64,000 bases of DNA from positions 62,001 to 126,000 of the forward strand of contig VJWM01000135.1 of the NCBI GenBank assembly GCA_010909165.1, given 5' to 3'. Origin of the DNA: Anthoceros angustus (lineage: Eukaryota > Plantae > Anthocerotophyta). Position numbers and translations under genes: made by a program. Positions 25,292-37,700 of this stretch are shown one piece after another (within the stretch, counting starts at the first letter, position 1; the number at the start of each line of letters is the position of its first letter). Under the pieces are notes generated by a model that was not told the origin of the DNA, ran no database searches, and was given only the letters and a program-made list of their open reading frames with translations.

Positions 25292-25702
25292 ATGCCGTCA
25301 CCAAGAGCAAGAAAGAAAAAAATAAAGATCTATATGGTTGCAAACAAACGAAATGGGAGAATGTATATTGGCCGATCCACAGACCCCACTAGAAGATTTT
25401 ATGAACACATTCGTACTCCTCCTACAAGAATGCTTAAAGATGTTTTAAAAGCTAAGCATCCTTTCAAACAATTTATGTTAGTTGTTCTTGAAGAATGCAC
25501 AAGTATCCTTGCTAGGTCTATTGAAAGAGAATATATAAGTATATTTGGTCGTAAAAGATCTCAAAGTTATAATAGTTATAGTGTGCCTTTTTTCTATAAA
25601 AGAAAGCCGAGAGAATCTCCTAGTGGTACTAAGAAATCTCAAAGCTACTTGAACACTTACAGGGTCTCGCCCTCAAGCCAAAGAAAGTTAAGGAAAAAAT
25701 AG
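25292..25702 (+). CDS. Stand-alone GIY-YIG endonuclease ORF
   Basis: IYMVANKRNGRMYIGRSTDPTRRFYEH (IY-x10-YIG, Arg, His), IEREYI (metal-binding Glu) and YN. Intronless, AT-rich, with a basic tail. Confidence 0.8.
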   Translation: MPSPRARKKKIKIYMVANKRNGRMYIGRSTDPTRRFYEHIRTPPTRMLKDVLKAKHPFKQFMLVVLEECTSILARSIEREYISIFGRKRSQSYNSYSVPFFYKRKPRESPSGTKKSQSYLNTYRVSPSSQRKLRKK

Positions 25703-27641
25703 TTGTTCTCATCAAGAGACATAAATACTAAAGTATTTCAATGAAGATTAAAACCATATGGTAGAGGTCATTATTGGCATTGTTGGTCACATGCACAACT
25801 GTGTGGTTGACATAAATACACATAAGAAATGTGCTCATCCTTTGGTAAATTGATAACTTACAATCATTGCAGGAACATTTGAGGATAAACAACGTGTTAG
25901 TGGACATATCTTAGTAAAATAGATACCAGATGATACCATTTAAATTTCCGTGAGATTACCTCACTAAAAGCTAAATACATTTACCTATATAAGTATAAGA
26001 CGAAACCAGAAGGAGTAGGTACCTAATATAATAATTTATAATTTATCTTTCTCAATAGTTATATCCTATACTTAATATTGATTATTGTAATTAGGCATAT
26101 ATTTATTTTTGAATTTTATATTATCTACCTAATTGGACAACATGTATAAGAAAAATTCGAGACATGTGGCTCTTTTGCGAGTTACAAATTGTTACAAAAA
26201 CGTGGGATTAAAATTATACTAATTAATTACTTGTATGATTAAAATTAAATTAAATATTAAATATTAAAATGTTTCATTTATGGCTCAAGTTGAACGATGC
26301 TTCCAGAGAGTCTGTAAAACAGACACGATCACTGTTGAGACAATCATTCTTGGTTTAAGCACCCCGTCCCAGCAGTCACCCGCCCTAAGGGCGCTTAACT
26401 CTAGAGTTGGTAAAAGGGTTTCACTTGAAAAAAGAATTAATATCGCTTGGACAAGAAAATGAATGTTGGCACGTTGCGAGAGGCCACGTCATCGGTGGTA
26501 AGGAAACGGTGGTGGACGGAAAAACGTCTCCCATGTGAGGCCATTCGCGGCGATGAGCCCTAATCTGTACCGCAGGGTTCCCCATATGACCTGAGCAGTT
26601 CTCCACATGACCCCGAGCTTTAGCTACGGCACTCACTGCGAGAGACGCTCTGTCTGCAACTCTATCTATCCCCCGGGATGACGACAGAATTCTTGTGTTC
26701 ATGCAACAACGCCACCCGTCCACCAAGGTGGGCATCTGCAACACTTCGAAAAGCTGAAATTGATGCCTCCAACTGTTTCACAAGCAACAAGCTGAAAAGC
26801 CGAAATTGACTCCCTCAACTGTTTCACAAGCATAGAAATGAATAAGGCGGTACAAAACGGGCTGTGAATAAGCTGGCCATTTGATTTGGCCCTTCATGCT
26901 GTGGTTCTAGTATCTCCTGACCTCGAGTGTGAAATCTGGATCAGCCCAGCCCCGCCCTTTATCCGAAGGCTTGGTAGCAGGAGCATTTGGACTAGATAGT
27001 AATGCTTTGAAAGGTATGAACAGCCGTGCCTTGTTTCTTGACTCAACACCCCAGCACCCCAGCACTCCGCTACGAGGCAGGGTGCTTCAGATGGTTCTCT
27101 CTGTGTAGACAGATGGTCATTGTGGGATGATGATGCGGAAGGATCATGCCAAAAGCTTAGACGTGTAAGCCATTGGGCGCCGGCTCATGGTCGTTTCACT
27201 GCAGGATGCTTGACACACCACAAGTGCCCCAAAAGCAGGTGAAGAAACTACGGGACTTGAGCATACCTTCCAAGCCGGACAAAATTGAGAAACCCTAACT
27301 AAGATACCGACATGAAGAGAGGCCCGCCGGGCAAGTTCTTGCAACTATCGACTAGTTTGTCTGCATCAATCGGACTAGACCAGGTCGCCAAACTTCTCAG
27401 TCGAACGAAGACAATTTAAGGCTCAATCCTCTGCTCGGCCACCATTGGTGCTTCTCGGATTTGTAATGCCACACGTCGCTCATGTGCTGCCTATGCTTGA
27501 GCAACCTACTCATCCTTCACCCTCCGTCATCCTCTGCTTGGCTGGCTTGCTTCGCATCGGCTGATTTTCATTCGCTTCAGCTTCAAGGTCAATCCATTGC
27601 TTCAATGAGATATATGGCATTTCACTTCTGTTCAGCTGCCT

Positions 27642-27839
27642 TTGCAAGTCAAAACTGAGAACAGGCCTGTCGACCAATACGAGCATTCCGGGCACTCCTA
27701 TTGGAAATTGGCATGGCGGGGCGTGCGCACCTCTCCGGGTTCCCTATGGTACAGCTACGTCTTCTACGCAGCAGCCACCTCTACAAGTTTGTGGTACGTG
27801 ACAGCGGGCAGGAATGACTCTTGTTTTAAAATTGTCTAG
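27642..27839 (+). pseudogene. Truncated paralog of the membrane-protein gene at 34.2-35.1 kb
   Basis: KTENRPVDQYEHSGHSYWKLAWRGVRTSPGSLWYSYVFYAAATSTSLWYVTAGR matches the 34.3-34.5 kb ORF, then breaks off. Confidence 0.7.
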
Positions 27840-29673
27840 TGTCAGCCCCATGTGAGCCGTGAACTAAAGAATTCGTGATGAAGTAATCGCTCCCGTACCT
27901 CGAAAAGCCCGCAAACGTTTCTAGATTGGCACTCGTTTAGAAGAGAAATCCACCCACGTCCTCCCTTTTCCACTCTTTGTGGAGATAGCTTTCCAAACAC
28001 ATCATCAGTGCTTCGTTTATGGACAATATGACAAGCAGTGCACGCTAAACCTAAGTTTCAAAACAGTAAGATCAAGAGTTGCAATTTGAACAGCGTCAGA
28101 ATTGCAGGAGTAGCCTTGGACCGTAGCCTGCAAACTTGGCTATAATTGCATCTGCATATTGTCATGAGACGCCCGGTTTCTGACACACCTCTGCTTTGAT
28201 ACCTTTGTCACTGATGAAACCCACAAGGTAATGCATAAGATCAGGCCATTCCACTGGCCAATCATGGACTGCAATGGCGGGAATCGCCATGCCAACTGCC
28301 GTCGTATTTCCCCAATTGGATCTTCTAAAGCTGGTGGCAGAAGACTACGAATGGCTGGCTGCAACACCAGATCTTTTTCATGGGTACTGAGCTATCGGCT
28401 GGAAAACGATGAGTGTACCATATCCTCAGCTGACGCTACAAGTGGCACATAGTTGGTATCATGTTCCTTGCGAACGCTGGAGCTTGACGAATTGAGACAA
28501 AGCTAAGCTACTCCGCGAAGTCAAGAATGAGAGAGTCATTAAAATGATAGCCAAAATATCACGATTTCCTGTGCTGGATGTTACAATCTAACGACAGTGA
28601 GAAGCCTTTAAGAGCCTTTGTTGTATCTGTGAAGGAGATGGTCCAGAAGATGACACATGGCTGCTTTGCTGCTTGCATCAGAGTGAACATATCCACTCCG
28701 TGCCTGCTGTCTCATGTGCATCCAGAGAGAACGTGTCCGATTACAACAGCAGATCCAATTAAAAGTGCAGCGAGAAAATAAGAACACGGGAAGCCGAAAG
28801 AATCCTTCCTGCTCTGACTCCGGGATTTGATTCCCTCGAAATGTAGAGATTTTGGATATATGGTCCTCAGCCGTTGAACCCTGTCTTCGGATCATAGGAC
28901 TTTAAGCAAAAAAAACAGCTCGGCCACATGTACATCTCTCAGTCCAAGCAACAACTCAATCCAGCACCTCACCTGAGCCTTGGACACGGTCCGGGACGCA
29001 GGGATCGTGGAGTGGCTAATATTTTTGTATAATTATTGGACATCGTCTCAAATAAGGACAGGTTTCTTCTAGACTTGCCAACTCATTTGGAATGACTTGT
29101 AGGTATATCGTATTTTAAAACGAAATCAAAATCGTAATGCTCTTGAAATTGTTCCTCAAAGTGGGAGTATATATATGCATATATATAATAAAAATAAAAT
29201 TTAAAACATCCTACGATCCATCACAAGTGTTGCATCGGATAGCTAATGCTCCTGCAATTTGTGTTGCATCGGATAGCTAATGCTCCTGCAATTTGTGCTA
29301 CACGTCAAGTGGCTTTCTTTCGTGGAGATGAATTGGTAGTGTTTGGCCCTTGTTCACGCAATTTCATTGACACTGTTGATTGATTGATTGAAGATTATTT
29401 ATCTTATTTAAATTTTACCTTTATATTAGTCCAGATTATTTTACCATAATATATGTAGTTATCATATTTCAGTCCCATGACGAAAATCCGTCCTTAGTGG
29501 ATTTAAATAAAATCTTCTTCTTCTTCTAATGGAAGACACAATTCAAAGTTGCTCCTAAAAGTGGCAGTACATATTTGCATATATACAATAATTTTTTTTA
29601 AAAGCATTCTAAGACCATCACACGTGTTGTAGATGAATAGCTATTGGAAGACACCAATTGAAGTGCTGTAAAA

Positions 29674-31671
29674 TCATGTAAATGGAGGCTGGTCCTCAAA
29701 GAGCCACTTTAAGGAGTTGGGATGATTAAAATCTGATAAGTCATCGTCATCTATTGAGGGCTCGCGCTCCGCAGGCTCCGCAGGGTTATCGTTAGGTTGG
29801 GGATCTGGCTGTGGCTGGCTAGACTGCTGTTGCTGTTCTTCCTGTATCGGATTCTTCTGCTCTTCCTGGCGGTCGTTCATGAATTTCACATGCTTGAGAC
29901 TAGGCTGATATTGCAGCTGACCTTGCGAACCACGCTTGACACTTGTCTGCACCTGTTCTTGCTGGTTTGCATGAAGCTGCTGCTGGTTCATGTGAAGCGA
30001 ATTCCGCTGTTGTTGCTGGCTCAGGCCAAGCGTATTCTGCGTGTCCAGCTGGTTTGGATGAAGCTGCTGTCCCTGCTGTTGGTGCTGGTCCAAAAGATTC
30101 ATCTGCTGCTGTTGGTGCTGGCCATGGTTCAAGGGGAGCTGGTTCCGCGGTGCATGCTGGTTCGGATGAATCCGAAGCTGCTGTTCCTGCTTTATCTGCT
30201 GCCGTTGGTGCTGGCCATGGTTCAAGCGGAGCTGGTTCCACTGTGCATGCTGGTTCGGATGAAACTGCTGCTGCTGTTGGTGGTGGCCGTTGAGAAGATT
30301 CGCATAACGACTTTGCTGTCCCTGCTGGCTCGCGATCAGATGCAGCAGCTGCTGCTGCTGTTTGTAGCCGTTCACATGGAACTGGCCGCTTTGCTGTTCT
30401 GGCCCGGGCCCGTTCCGATTCACATTCCGGATCTGCTGCTGTTTCCGAGGACCCTGCTGGTGCTGCATTTCACGAGACAACAGTAAATTACGCGGGGGTA
30501 CCGCCTCATTCTCCCACCGATAACTCTGCGGCTTCTGCTGTTGTTGCATGCCCGGAAAAAACTGCTGCTGCTGCATGTGCCACGGTTTGTTCAAGACAAG
30601 ATCCTGCGCATCCATCCTCGGATAATCCTGGTGCATGCCGGATGCCAATGTGGAATCCGCACCAATCGACGCCAGCACTGCAGTTACTTGACCCCTACCC
30701 GTGTCCAAGGCCGCCTGCAAATACTGCTGCCCCATCCTGGCCTCGAACGGCATCTGCCCCAGGCATGCACCACCACTAGTACTCGCAAGGCTCGCCTGCC
30801 CCTCACGGCTAATCTGCTCCAGCCTTGCGGACACCATGTCGCGCTTCTGCAATAACTCCTCCATGATACACCGCAGCTGCTCAACGTTGTAGTGCCTCAG
30901 CACCTCGTACCCCCGCCTCTCCGCGCGCAATCTCATACTCGCGTTCGCTTGCCGCAACTGTTGCATGTTCCGCAATTGCATGCAACGTGCAACAGCGTCA
31001 GAACAACGAAAACGATTTCCCACCCCGGGCCGCATGCATCAACCGCCGGATCGCACCTCTTGTTGCTCGCTGGCTTTCTTCCTGATGAGCCTTTGCAGCA
31101 TAGACATGTTGTCTTCCCTCTTCTTCTCCCGCTCCTCCTTGGGTGTGGCTTTGTAGCGCCTGAGGACATGGATCTCGCTGGGCCTCCCCCAGAACAGATT
31201 GTTTTTCTCATTGTTTTTCTGCTTGTGGGTACCGGTGCGCGTGTCGTAGCAGATGTAACATACGTCCACATCGCACAGCACCGCCAGCTCCTCCGCCTTC
31301 TTCCTCAGCCCGGGGTTGCGCTTCCCGAACGTGGTCTGCCGCTTCCTGTCGTTCAGGATGGGACAGATCGAGAACTTGGCCGGGCCTGGCTTCCCAATCT
31401 CCCCGGGCCCGACACCACCTCTAGCTCCTCTTAGACTTCTACCTTCTCCTCTCGTGCCAGCAGCAGCAGCAACACCAGCAGCAACGCCAGCAGCAATGGT
31501 AGCAAAATCGCCAGCAGCATGGGTAGCATGGCCAGCGCCAGCACCACCAATTGCAGCGGCACCCGCGCCCGCCCCCCGGCCACTGCCTCCCCTGTACCCC
31601 CGGCCTCGCGCGGGCGGCAATTTCTCCATGTTTGCTCGAAAGCCAACCTCACGATGACGAGGCCATGCCAC
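29674..31671 (-). CDS. Divergent MADS-box transcription factor (type I-like) with Gly/Ala-rich N-terminus and long Gln-rich C-terminus
   Basis: MADS domain GPAKFSICPILNDRKRQTTFGKRNPGLRKKAEELAVLCDVDVCYI. One phase-0 GT-AG intron (31056-30958) joins ORFs 31039-31671 and 29674-31035 in frame (..SEQQE|LRQANA..), giving about 620-630 aa. Confidence 0.85.
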
Positions 31672-34228
31672 TTATAGCATAACACAGAAACTATACCAGG
31701 ACGGCAGACGAAGCGCGCATGAAGGCGAGCTTGAGGCTCAATTTAATCTGCTCGCGACCCAAGGAGGCAAGCCAGATGGCGGGGAAATGCAGTCTCTTTA
31801 TGTCAAATCACACCGTTGCGATCCGTCGGTTCGGCCTCCCGGCGCTGAGCTAGCCTTTTCGAGTGGTCCAGATCCCGGGTCCCGGCGGGAGCAGCTGCCG
31901 CCGTGCCTTAAGCTTTGGTGCGAGCTCGCAGTGGCAGCAAATTTTGAATCCCTCTACAAATTCCGATCCCACAGCTTGGGCAATTCCTTCCCTGAAGTTT
32001 TTTCTCACGACCCGCCGTTGAGGGCACATACGCGATCGGCATTCATTCAGGGGCCGCTCGTCTGGTGCTCTCTCTGCTGCATGTGTTGCCGGCCTCGGAG
32101 GATGCCTGGGCGGCACCCGCAGCATCCCGCCTACCTCTACTGATCACCGCGGAGGAATGATATTCCTGCTCTTTCACCCGGGTTGTCACCTCCGGATCGT
32201 GGCCGCGGCCGCGGCCAACAGATTGAAGGTGGTTTGTGATCACCGTGTTGGTCCCTTGGCTTTGGTGCTGGATTTCGGAGCTAGGTTTCTCACCTTACTT
32301 TCACCTTAGTTGCACAGGTGGAGGAAGAACTGCTGCTCACAGAGTCTTATGGAGATCAGTTTCTGGAGCAGAATAGGGCATTGGAGAGGAAGCTGATTGA
32401 GGTCTCAAAGGATCGGCAGGATTGGCAGCGCGTGGAAGAGACCTTGTACCTGGTTGTGGTGGAGAGGAAGAAATGTTATGACAAGCTCAAACTTCTCATC
32501 GTCATCGTCCGTGTAAGCTAGCTCTGTGACCTATTCCTGTTTGCTTGCCTGCGATCTGCGAGCTTCGGGCTCGGGGCTCCTGCTCATGGATTAGATTGCC
32601 TTCAGGAGGAGGAGCTGGTGGCGGAGAATCTCTAGCTGGATGAGGCCACGAAGCAGCAGCAGCTCAAGGCTGAGGCGCAGAGGGATGAGGCTCACCGCCA
32701 CAAGGAGAGTAGGGACGGTGAGGGACAGGACCCGAGCCCCTTGAGCAGTCTGTCCGCCACTTTGGATGAAACCCTAGTGTTGCAGGGAAGGGGTAAAGCC
32801 ATGGCCTCCAGCTGTTCAGTGCAGCTCTAGCCTTGCTGGTGTCACTCATAGTATGGGAAGTTCAGGATCCGTGTTTGGCTCTGGTGGTTGCCCTCTTCTC
32901 CGTGGTGGCCGTGTCATTGGCGAAATTCATTCAATTCCTCACCAAGCTGGAAGCTAAACATGGATTTGATGCAATTGCTCTCATGAGATTCAACTGCTTC
33001 ATTCTGGGGACTTTGGCTTGTCCCGCTTTCCCCTAACGGCCGCTGGTTACCTGCTTCGTCTGTGTGCTCAAGGTGTTTGCGGGATGGTTTGCTACAAGCT
33101 GATTGCTACAGCCTCAGCTGAGTGCCTCACTGGAACCCCAGCTGGCTGCCTGCCAGTGCAGGCAGTTTAGCGACCCATGTTACCAGAGACCATCTTCCTT
33201 GCACATGTGCATTTGAAGCTGTGGCTGATGGATCTGTCACAGCAGTGGCTGAGCTGCGGTCTCATACATGTCAAATTCCTCTCCGTCAAGGTAGTACCTA
33301 TCCCTGTCCTCTCCGTCAAGGTAGTACCTATCCCTGTCCTGTTCAGCAGTGGATGTAATTCTTCACATAAACATATATATGCTATGTTGTGGGTGTATAA
33401 TAGATAAATACCTATGTGCCTAGGCCGGATGCGAGTGCCAGAAATGCCTCGGCTGGCTGGCCGGACAAAACTAAAGAAACTCTAACTAGGCCACGGACAC
33501 GGAGAGTAGCCGCGGGGACGTGTTCCTTCAACGAAAATCCACCACGTGTGTCTGCATCGATCCGACAAGCTTCGACAAAGTTGTATGATCGGTCATGAAC
33601 GATGTTGTCTGCACCTCGCCCCCCTCCCCTTACTGCTAACCGGCTACCATTTTAGCTTCTTGGGGTTGTGATGCCACACCTCGCTAACATGCCACTGCTG
33701 CCTATGCTTTTAAGAGCAACTGGCTCATCCTTCACCTTCTGCCTGGCTGATTGTTTAGCATCGGACGAGTTCTTTTCGCTTCAGCTTCAACTTCATTCAA
33801 TTCAGTGGTTGAAAGAGTCTGAGTTGTTGCTTCATCCTCTGCCTGGCTGCTTGCTTGCCATCGGCTGAGATTTTCTTTCCTCACCTTCAAGTTCAAGTCA
33901 CTGATTGAACGAGATTTGGAGCGTTTTGTTTCTTTGCATCTTTGCAGCTGCCTTTGCGATTGCGGCTTGCTTCGCCTGGTAGTTGCCCTAATCTTGCTAT
34001 GTCGCTGTGTTCGTTATTGAGGAGGTTTTGCACATACAGCTCGGTAAAAGGGTGCCGCTTGGCTCCCTGAAATCTGACAGTGTGCCAATGCAACCAGTTG
34101 TTCCCACCCCCAGACGCCCCAGTGTGCAACCTCAGACGCCTTGGTGTGCAATGTGTCCCCCGGGCCCAAACAACTATTAGGTGCAATGCAAAGTCCGCTT
34201 GGCCGTGCTCTAACATCCTCACTGCTCC

Positions 34229-35136
34229 ATGGCCACTAGTTCTACCACGGCTGGGATGCAGGTGCTTCGTCAAAATGGATCAAGTCCAGCTCAGCCCCTG
34301 CTGCTGCTGCTGCTGCTGGCGACGTTGAATATCACTGCAGCCAAGACCGAGAACAGGCCTATCCAGCAATACGAGCATTCCGGGTACTCCTATTGGAAAT
34401 TCATGTGGCGAGGCGTGCGCACCTCTCCGGGTTCCCTGTGGTACCGCTACGTTTTTTATGCATTTGCCACCTGTGCAAGTTTGTTGTACGTGACAGCGGG
34501 CCGGATGCTCATCGGAGGGCCTTGGCGCCTCACCTTGGAGGCTGCAGATTTGTACATCAATAACCTCATGATCGGGATGCTGTTTTACGTGAGCTTGGAT
34601 GCAACCCAGTTGTCGGACTTGGTGGAGGCCTACCTGGTGGCCTTGTGCTCCATTCAGCTGGTTCTGGACACCCAACGCCGTGTCAACTCCACCAGTTGGC
34701 TAAGAAACTTGTTTGGGATGGTGAGCTTGCTGTTTGCCGTTATGGCATCACTTTGGTCGACTCCTACCGCCCCCTCAACGTGCATTACGACGTCTATTCC
34801 TCGGTCGTCTTGCTCTTGTTGTCTCTACAAATTGGGGCGTCCGCCGATCAATACTTTGACGAAGATGATGATGATGATGATAAAGTAATCCGCTGTTTTC
34901 TGAGCATCATGCCTAACGTACTCAGCGTATGCCATTTCGTTTTTCTAGGTGTGCCCTTCCTGTTGGCGCCGTGGGCGCCTCATCGAACTCCCCTAGCGCT
35001 TTGGGCGCCTGATCCGACTCCCAAAGAGCCTCGCGCGCCGGAGCAGGCTCCCCAACTGTTAGCAGGATCCATTTTGTTAGTGTCCTTCATTACAACAATT
35101 GTGCTTGGCAATTGGCCTATGCAAGTAAGGGGCTAA
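34229..35136 (+). CDS. Uncharacterised multi-pass membrane protein with signal-peptide-like segment; one frameshift near 34750
   Basis: PLLLLLLLATLNITAA followed by several hydrophobic helices. The frame switches from ORF 34229-34888 to ORF 34645-35136 (..SVVLLLLSLQIG..DEDDDDDD..HFVFLGVPFLL..LLAGSILLVSFITTIVLG). Confidence 0.5.
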
Positions 35137-36649
35137 ATGAAAGCATAGGTATAAGTGTTGATGACATTTGGCATCTTGCAGAACTCTTGAATGGCTGTAC
35201 ATTGCATTGCTTGCATGGCCATATGCATTGCCCTATCCATGGCCATCGCACAACACCAAGCTTCCATTGCCATCTCCATTGCCCTATTCATGGCCGTTGT
35301 ACAACACCAATAACATTGCATTGCTTCATCTCCATTTTCTTATCCATGGCCGTTGCGCAACACCTATAACCTCGGGCACTCATCAAGACTCCCAGAGAAC
35401 CTAGGCGAATTTATATTCTGATAATGAATGCATAGTAAGCACTCATAATAGAATGTATGCCTAGACTGCATATACTTAGATCAGAATTTGCCCATGTAGG
35501 CTAGGCATATGAGTATGCCTAGCCAGGTCCTTAGCTTCCCTAGCTTCTTTGTGGCTAATTACTTCAAATCTCTCAATTTCCTTGCCTACTTTTGTTGCAC
35601 GATCTTATCGCAAATTATTAGGTACATACATTTAACATAACTGAACAAATTATTTTATATTTAACTATTATCGAATGATATTTAAAGATTAATGGATCTA
35701 GTAGAGGACAACAACGGGGCATCACGATCAAAAGAGATAGCTAAGTTCCCTACCTAAAGTTATCTAGTATGCTAACAAAGTCATATGCAGGAAGAATAAA
35801 GTGCCTGCATACAAGAGAGGAAAACAAGATACGTCACCTACAGTCATTGCTATGCGAAGGATGTTGTCAACGACTTGCCGAATCATTAACAAGCCATGGT
35901 TAATTAACCTAAAACAACTAAACAGCTCATAAGACTACATGAAAAGAGGTCCCAAAGCTCTAATCTCATTAAAATGGACTGTAACACACAAAGTTAATAT
36001 CAAAGGTGAAAGGAGCATTCGAAAAATAAAGTTCAATGCAACAAAACATGAGAATTGCTACAGGAACGGAAAAGGAGACTTTGTGTAAGTAAAAGAGATG
36101 AGAAATCATATCTTCCCCGTATCGAGGGGGAACAACCTTAAGAGGGCACAAACCAAGGGGACTAGCAGCGCTGGAATTACCAGATAAAGTTCAATGCAAC
36201 AAGGCATGAGAATTGCTACTAGAACTACTAAAATTTTTAAAATTTTTAACTCTAAACAGCGGATTGTCTCAAACAGGAGGCTCATTGGTTAGCGTTTGGA
36301 TGAACATAACTTTTTCACATGTTATTAAAATTCAAGTATAAATATTTTCAAATGTTCACTTCAATTGTTCAAATGGATAGAGATAAGGTTGGAGAACCTT
36401 GGACATAAAGTTTCTTCATACACGTTTATGCTTGGGAGTGAGTCTCGGTGGTGCACTAGTGCAACATGAAAGCCGGTGCACTCTTTGACCCAAGTTTCAA
36501 AACGGTAAAATCAAGTGTTGCAATTTGAAAAGATTGAGAATTGCAGAAGTACGTGGAGGCTTTATGAAAAGAACGAGATGAGAAATCCCATCTACCCCGA
36601 GGTGAAAAGGGACAACCCACGACGGGGCACCAGGCCAGGAGGGCGTGCC

Positions 36650-37700
36650 CCCATACTAATCTACCCTATAACCCCCAACCGCCCCCAAGATATCGCCATC
36701 TGAGATAGGGAAGGGCCTACTTACCACTGGTGCCGCCAATGCCGCATCTCCAACACTTGTGATCGTCTTAAAGATGGCGCTGGCCAACGTACTTTGCAGG
36801 GCAATGGAAACATGTTGCTTGAAATATGCCACAACACTGGAAAGGGGGAGGCCAACCCCGCCCCTGTCGTTGTAGTAGGCCTTATGCACTCCTTGATGAA
36901 ATGAGAAAAAAACCTTACCCAAGGCTCCATGGGTTTGATAGGGGATGAAAATGTGACCTTGCTGCATGGGTCTGCACTTGTAAATTTTCTTAGTTGCGCT
37001 CCCTTCTGCCGCTCAACCTAGAGGGTTGATGATGACATAGTCGCTAATAGAATCTCTGGTTGGGTCAGTAACAACCATGTTCGCAACCAAGGCCTCGTCC
37101 TTCCGCATCAAGAAAAGGTCATTTCTGATAGAGACGCCATTGAGCATAGTATACTGCCGCTCCTTGAAAAGGAAGAAATCGTTCTCCTTGGCTATTGAGA
37201 ACATGATGTCTCGAGGCGTGGTGTGTAGCAATACGCTGTCCATCCATTGGGCAACGTGCTAAGTGGGCCCCAGGGTCGTCTATGGAGACCCTACAACAGT
37301 AGACCGGAAGAGAACATATTAGTGGTTGGACTAGATTCAGGCAAAACCTTACCACAATAGAAAAAGAAGCTAGCAAGGGTGGGCCGGAATGACCTCTGGC
37401 CATTCCAACTGCACCCACCTGGATGCAAGGGTGGGCCAGAAGCCATGATCAGCACCCTTCCTTGAGCAAGAGCGAAGGTCAATGAGTTCTAACGGGATGA
37501 GCAATAGATAATCCAGAAGAAGACCCTGCAACACCTGGCCATAATGCTTCTCGCCACGCCATAATGCTTCTCGTGGCGAGAAGCCTGCAACCCCCAAGCC
37601 CCCATAAGCACCCTTTGACCATAGCCTGCATATGGGCGTGTGCGTGTGACGCCTAGTTTTGACACACCTATGGTCTGATCACCTGTGGCCCTGATAAAAG
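36650..37700 (-). mobile_element. 5'-truncated non-LTR retrotransposon remnant (CRE/R2-like, zinc knuckle plus restriction-like endonuclease)
   Basis: CCRVSIDDPGAHLARCPMDGQRIATHH (CCHC knuckle plus RxxxH), VANMVVTDPT (DVTV.DP-like), HIFIPYQTHGALG (FxPF.xETxGxLG-like) and VSIALQSTLASAI. Fragments lie in shifting frames; boundaries are approximate. Confidence 0.65.

Noticed and set aside
26421-26744. Possible SET-domain remnant (GELLRSYGEP in an alternative minus frame)
   Set aside because: One short motif flanked by stops; other SET motifs are absent.
29797-31434. Leu-rich and Ala-rich plus-strand ORFs that look like membrane or repeat proteins
   Set aside because: They are antisense translations of the CAG/CAA-rich MADS tail.
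32318-32521. Short coiled-coil-like ORF
   Set aside because: Isolated and surrounded by stops; no family evidence.
33270-33335. 30-bp direct repeat CCTCTCCGTCAAGGTAGTACCTATCCCTGT twice
   Set aside because: Real but an ordinary slippage duplication with no associated feature.
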